The notes beneath the pieces were generated by a model. That model worked only from the letters and a program-made list of their open reading frames with translations. It ran no database searches and had not been told where the DNA came from. A DNA stretch of 64,000 nucleotides from Cyanobacteria bacterium P01_D01_bin.156 (lineage in GTDB: Bacteria; Cyanobacteriota; Cyanobacteriia; Phormidesmidales; Phormidesmidaceae): positions 96,001 through 160,000 of the forward strand of contig JBCCQQ010000003.1 of NCBI GenBank assembly GCA_039024555.1, read 5' to 3'. Every line of letters begins with the position of its first letter. Positions within the stretch are counted from its first letter, which is position 1. The position numbers and the translations under genes are program-made. Positions 61,356 through 64,000 of this stretch are shown in pieces.

Positions 61356-62531
61356 TTAATCGGTGTTGATCACACCATCTTCTGGATTAATCAGCTTCAA
61401 TAGCTTTTGCTTAATTTGCACATCAAACACTTCCCATTTGAGGCGATTATAATCGCCATTTTCATAAAATCCCGATAAGAAACCCACAGGAACTTCAAAG
61501 CCACCAGCCATGGAGCGGCCACCCCCAAAAAACCTGCCCTGCTCGTCTTGGCCGAAGGCTTCTTTAATAAATTCGTCAGGATCGAGGGTTATTTTGCTGG
61601 TGCGCAAAGAACCAATTACCACCTCACGTTCATCGTCCTCATCATGGACAATGCCGTAAACAACAGCCGTGTGGACATCCTCTTCAGTCAGTAAAAAGTC
61701 AGTTGCCTGAGGAATAGCATCACGATCTTCGTAACGCAAATAGCCAACACCCGCAATGGAGACACTATTCTGGATTTTACGATTGCGTAATGAACGCTCG
61801 ATAACATCCATGGCTCGCTTTGAGCGCGATGCTTGCAAAATAGCGCTGAGGAGCTGCGCATCATAGTACTGACTTAAATAAGCGGCCGCCAAAAAGTCCG
61901 CTTCAGCAGCTTGCATTAAATGACCAGTGTCAGATCGTAAGCCATGCATCAACGCCGTTGCACACTTAACATGTTTGCTATTGCTGCGATCTAAATCTAA
62001 CAGTCCTGATTGCAGATACTCAGTCAATATCGTTGCTGTAGCTCGAGTATCTGGACGAATATCCGCAAATTCTGCCTTCGGAGTATCCTGCAGTTTATGG
62101 TGATCTATCACCACTAACAAAGGAATATCAGCTGTATTCACCCGATCCAGCAGCTGACTTGTAGTCCCCTGGGTATCAATTAAGACATAACCTGCATACT
62201 GAGCGATGTCTGGTGGTTTTTGATTAGACCAACGCTTAGCAGGCAAATTGGTTAACTTAACCAGAGCAATATTTTCTTGATGGCTCAGGGTTCCTGAATA
62301 AAATATGTCGCAATCTATATCGTATGTGGCAGCGATTAACTGATAGGCCCATGCTGCAGATAATGCATCAGGATCTGGAAAATCTTGTAGCAAAACCAGC
62401 TGCCGACTAGAGGCATGGGTAATCAGTAAATGCTTAAGACCGGCAGCAGGACCATTACTCAAATCCATATCTGCTCGATAACTCATCTGGTTATGAGATT
62501 TCAGTAATATGTCTTGGGATGCCATACACAA
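61356..62531 (-). CDS. DHH family phosphoesterase (NrnA-like); start uncertain
   Basis: DFPDPDA, LIDT, IDHH, SDTG, GGGRSMAGG. Confidence 0.85.
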   Translation of the reverse strand: MCMASQDILLKSHNQMSYRADMDLSNGPAAGLKHLLITHASSRQLVLLQDFPDPDALSAAWAYQLIAATYDIDCDIFYSGTLSHQENIALVKLTNLPAKRWSNQKPPDIAQYAGYVLIDTQGTTSQLLDRVNTADIPLLVVIDHHKLQDTPKAEFADIRPDTRATATILTEYLQSGLLDLDRSNSKHVKCATALMHGLRSDTGHLMQAAEADFLAAAYLSQYYDAQLLSAILQASRSKRAMDVIERSLRNRKIQNSVSIAGVGYLRYEDRDAIPQATDFLLTEEDVHTAVVYGIVHDEDDEREVVIGSLRTSKITLDPDEFIKEAFGQDEQGRFFGGGRSMAGGFEVPVGFLSGFYENGDYNRLKWEVFDVQIKQKLLKLINPEDGVINTD

Positions 62532-62583
62532 ATGCAGTTAAAAGTGGAAATTAGAAGGCTGTAAGAAAGAAATCGGTATTGGC

Positions 62584-63087
62584 TCACCCAGTCAAACCAA
62601 TTACATACTTACGCCATTCCTTATGAGCATCTCCACGGGTATGACGTGCAATCTCAAAATAAAGACTACTATGGGGTTTACGTGGTGTAATACGCAATGG
62701 CATTTTGGCCTCTTTAGGTGTGCGGTTCCCCTTTTTTACATTGCAGCGGACACAAGCAGAGACCATGTTTTCCCAAAGATCTTTACCACCACGAGAACGG
62801 GGAATGACATGATCAAGTGTCAGGCCATCACCTGCATAACCACAATACTGGCAGGTATGATTATCGCGATACAACAGATTGCGCCGGGTTAGAGGAATTT
62901 CCTTATACGGTATACGCACATAGTGACGTAGACGAATTACTGTAGGCAAAGGAAAATTCGTATAGATAACCCGCCCGTTGTGCTCTACGGTTTCAGCTTT
63001 ACCCTTAATAATCAACACGATAGCTCTTCGCCAGCTAGTGATATTTAAGGGCTCATAGGAAGCATTTAGAACCAGAACCTTACTCAT
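62584..63087 (-). CDS. HNH endonuclease
   Basis: VLVLNASYEPL, RDNHTCQYC, TLDHVIPRSRGG, ACVRCNVKK. Confidence 0.9.
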   Translation of the reverse strand: MSKVLVLNASYEPLNITSWRRAIVLIIKGKAETVEHNGRVIYTNFPLPTVIRLRHYVRIPYKEIPLTRRNLLYRDNHTCQYCGYAGDGLTLDHVIPRSRGGKDLWENMVSACVRCNVKKGNRTPKEAKMPLRITPRKPHSSLYFEIARHTRGDAHKEWRKYVIGLTG

Positions 63088-63191
63088 TGAGGTTCAATTT
63101 AGGAGTTGTGCCTTGATACTAGCACAGGTAACCAAAAGGCCTTGGCAATTGCGATACTGTGCTGTAAATACCGTGTGAAAGGAGAAGCACC

Positions 63192-64000
63192 ATGCTGAGC
63201 TGGGACGATACACCAAGTATTTCAGCCATGCGTTGCTCAAGGGCTTGGGTTGAGATTAATTTGGCGGCCATTAGCCACAACGTGCATCAATTCCGTCGAC
63301 TACTAAAGCCGACGACAGAGCTTATGGCAGTTGTAAAAGCAGATGCCTACGGCCATGGAGCTGTGAATGTAGCCCAAACATCACTGCAGGCAGGCGCTAC
63401 TTGGTTGGGCGTAGCGACTGTGCCGGAAGGGATTGAGCTACGACAGGCTGGTATTCAGGCACCTATCTTAGTGATGGGAGCCCTACATCATGGGGAAGAG
63501 GTGCAAGCGTTAGCTCGATGGCAGTTGCAACCAACTATTGTTACCCCCAAGCAAGCCCTTGTCTTTGCTGAGGCTCTGAGTGATGCCTACTTGCCATTGC
63601 CAGTCCACATCAAACTAGATACGGGCATGTCACGCCTAGGGTTCGATTGGCAACGAGCCTTAGAGTTCGTAGAGTTTGTTAGCGGGTTGCCAGCCCTCAA
63701 AATAACCAGTTTGTATTCACACTTTGCCACAGCAGATGAAGCTGATGATTCAGAGATGCGTCGTCAGCATGAACGATTTGAACGTGCGATCGCCACCCTC
63801 AAACATCACAATCTTCTCCCCTCCCATCTGCACTTAGCCAATACAGCCGCCACTTTAACCGACGCAACGCATCTCCAATACGACATGGTCCGTGTAGGGT
63901 TAGGCATCTATGGCGTATCACCAGCCCCTCATCTGACATCTGTCCTGGATCTTCATCCTGCCTTAGAAGTTAAAGCACGTATTACCCATATCAAAAAAAT
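63192..64000 (+). CDS. alr: Alanine racemase (3' end outside window; not in the ORF track)
   Basis: Translated by hand from ATG 63192: MLSWDD...RAWVEINLAAISHN...MAVVKADAYGHG...HIKLDTGMSRLG...YSHFATAD. Confidence 0.95.
   Translation, partial: MLSWDDTPSISAMRCSRAWVEINLAAISHNVHQFRRLLKPTTELMAVVKADAYGHGAVNVAQTSLQAGATWLGVATVPEGIELRQAGIQAPILVMGALHHGEEVQALARWQLQPTIVTPKQALVFAEALSDAYLPLPVHIKLDTGMSRLGFDWQRALEFVEFVSGLPALKITSLYSHFATADEADDSEMRRQHERFERAIATLKHHNLLPSHLHLANTAATLTDATHLQYDMVRVGLGIYGVSPAPHLTSVLDLHPALEVKARITHIKK

Noticed and set aside
62584..63087. HNH gene as a mobile or defence nuclease
   Set aside because: It belongs to the widespread VLVLNASYEPL family and sits in the usual cyanobacterial alr-HNH-DHH-sixA-gltA-ndhA order

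Overview
This window is chromosomal DNA of a cyanobacterium. The octamer HIP1 (GCGATCGC) is frequent (about 30 copies by eye), and raf1, ndhAIGE, a petJ-like gene and an Npun_R1517-family gene are present. Most of it is housekeeping: sbcD, rlpA, ktrB/trkH, an M16 peptidase pair, mlaE, yqgF, smc, ftsE, tRNA-Glu, recJ, tRNA-Ala, raf1, recR, lipA, metH, cytochrome c6, ndhA-I-G-E, gltA, sixA, a DHH phosphoesterase, an HNH protein and alr. The strongest candidate for an undescribed system is an AT-rich, HIP1-free accessory block of about 6 kb (36.2-42.2 kb) between tRNA-Ala and raf1. In it an HTH-NACHT (STAND) NTPase gene is transcribed divergently from a tandem-duplicated NfeD-like OB-fold gene (one copy decayed, upstream DNA conserved), a Zn-ribbon/TM protein, an Era/YeeP-like GTPase and two paralogous small proteins with amphipathic C-terminal helices. 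Long perfect inverted repeats punctuate the block. Other notable items are a DnaA-box cluster between recJ and a TPR gene with no dnaA/dnaN in the window, a RecJ with a long C-terminal coiled-coil/HEPN-like extension, a lectin-lysozyme-M15 peptidase fusion, a secreted tandem-repeat protein, a LexA box before smc and a probable ATC start for recR. All family assignments come from motif recognition by eye; no database search was run.
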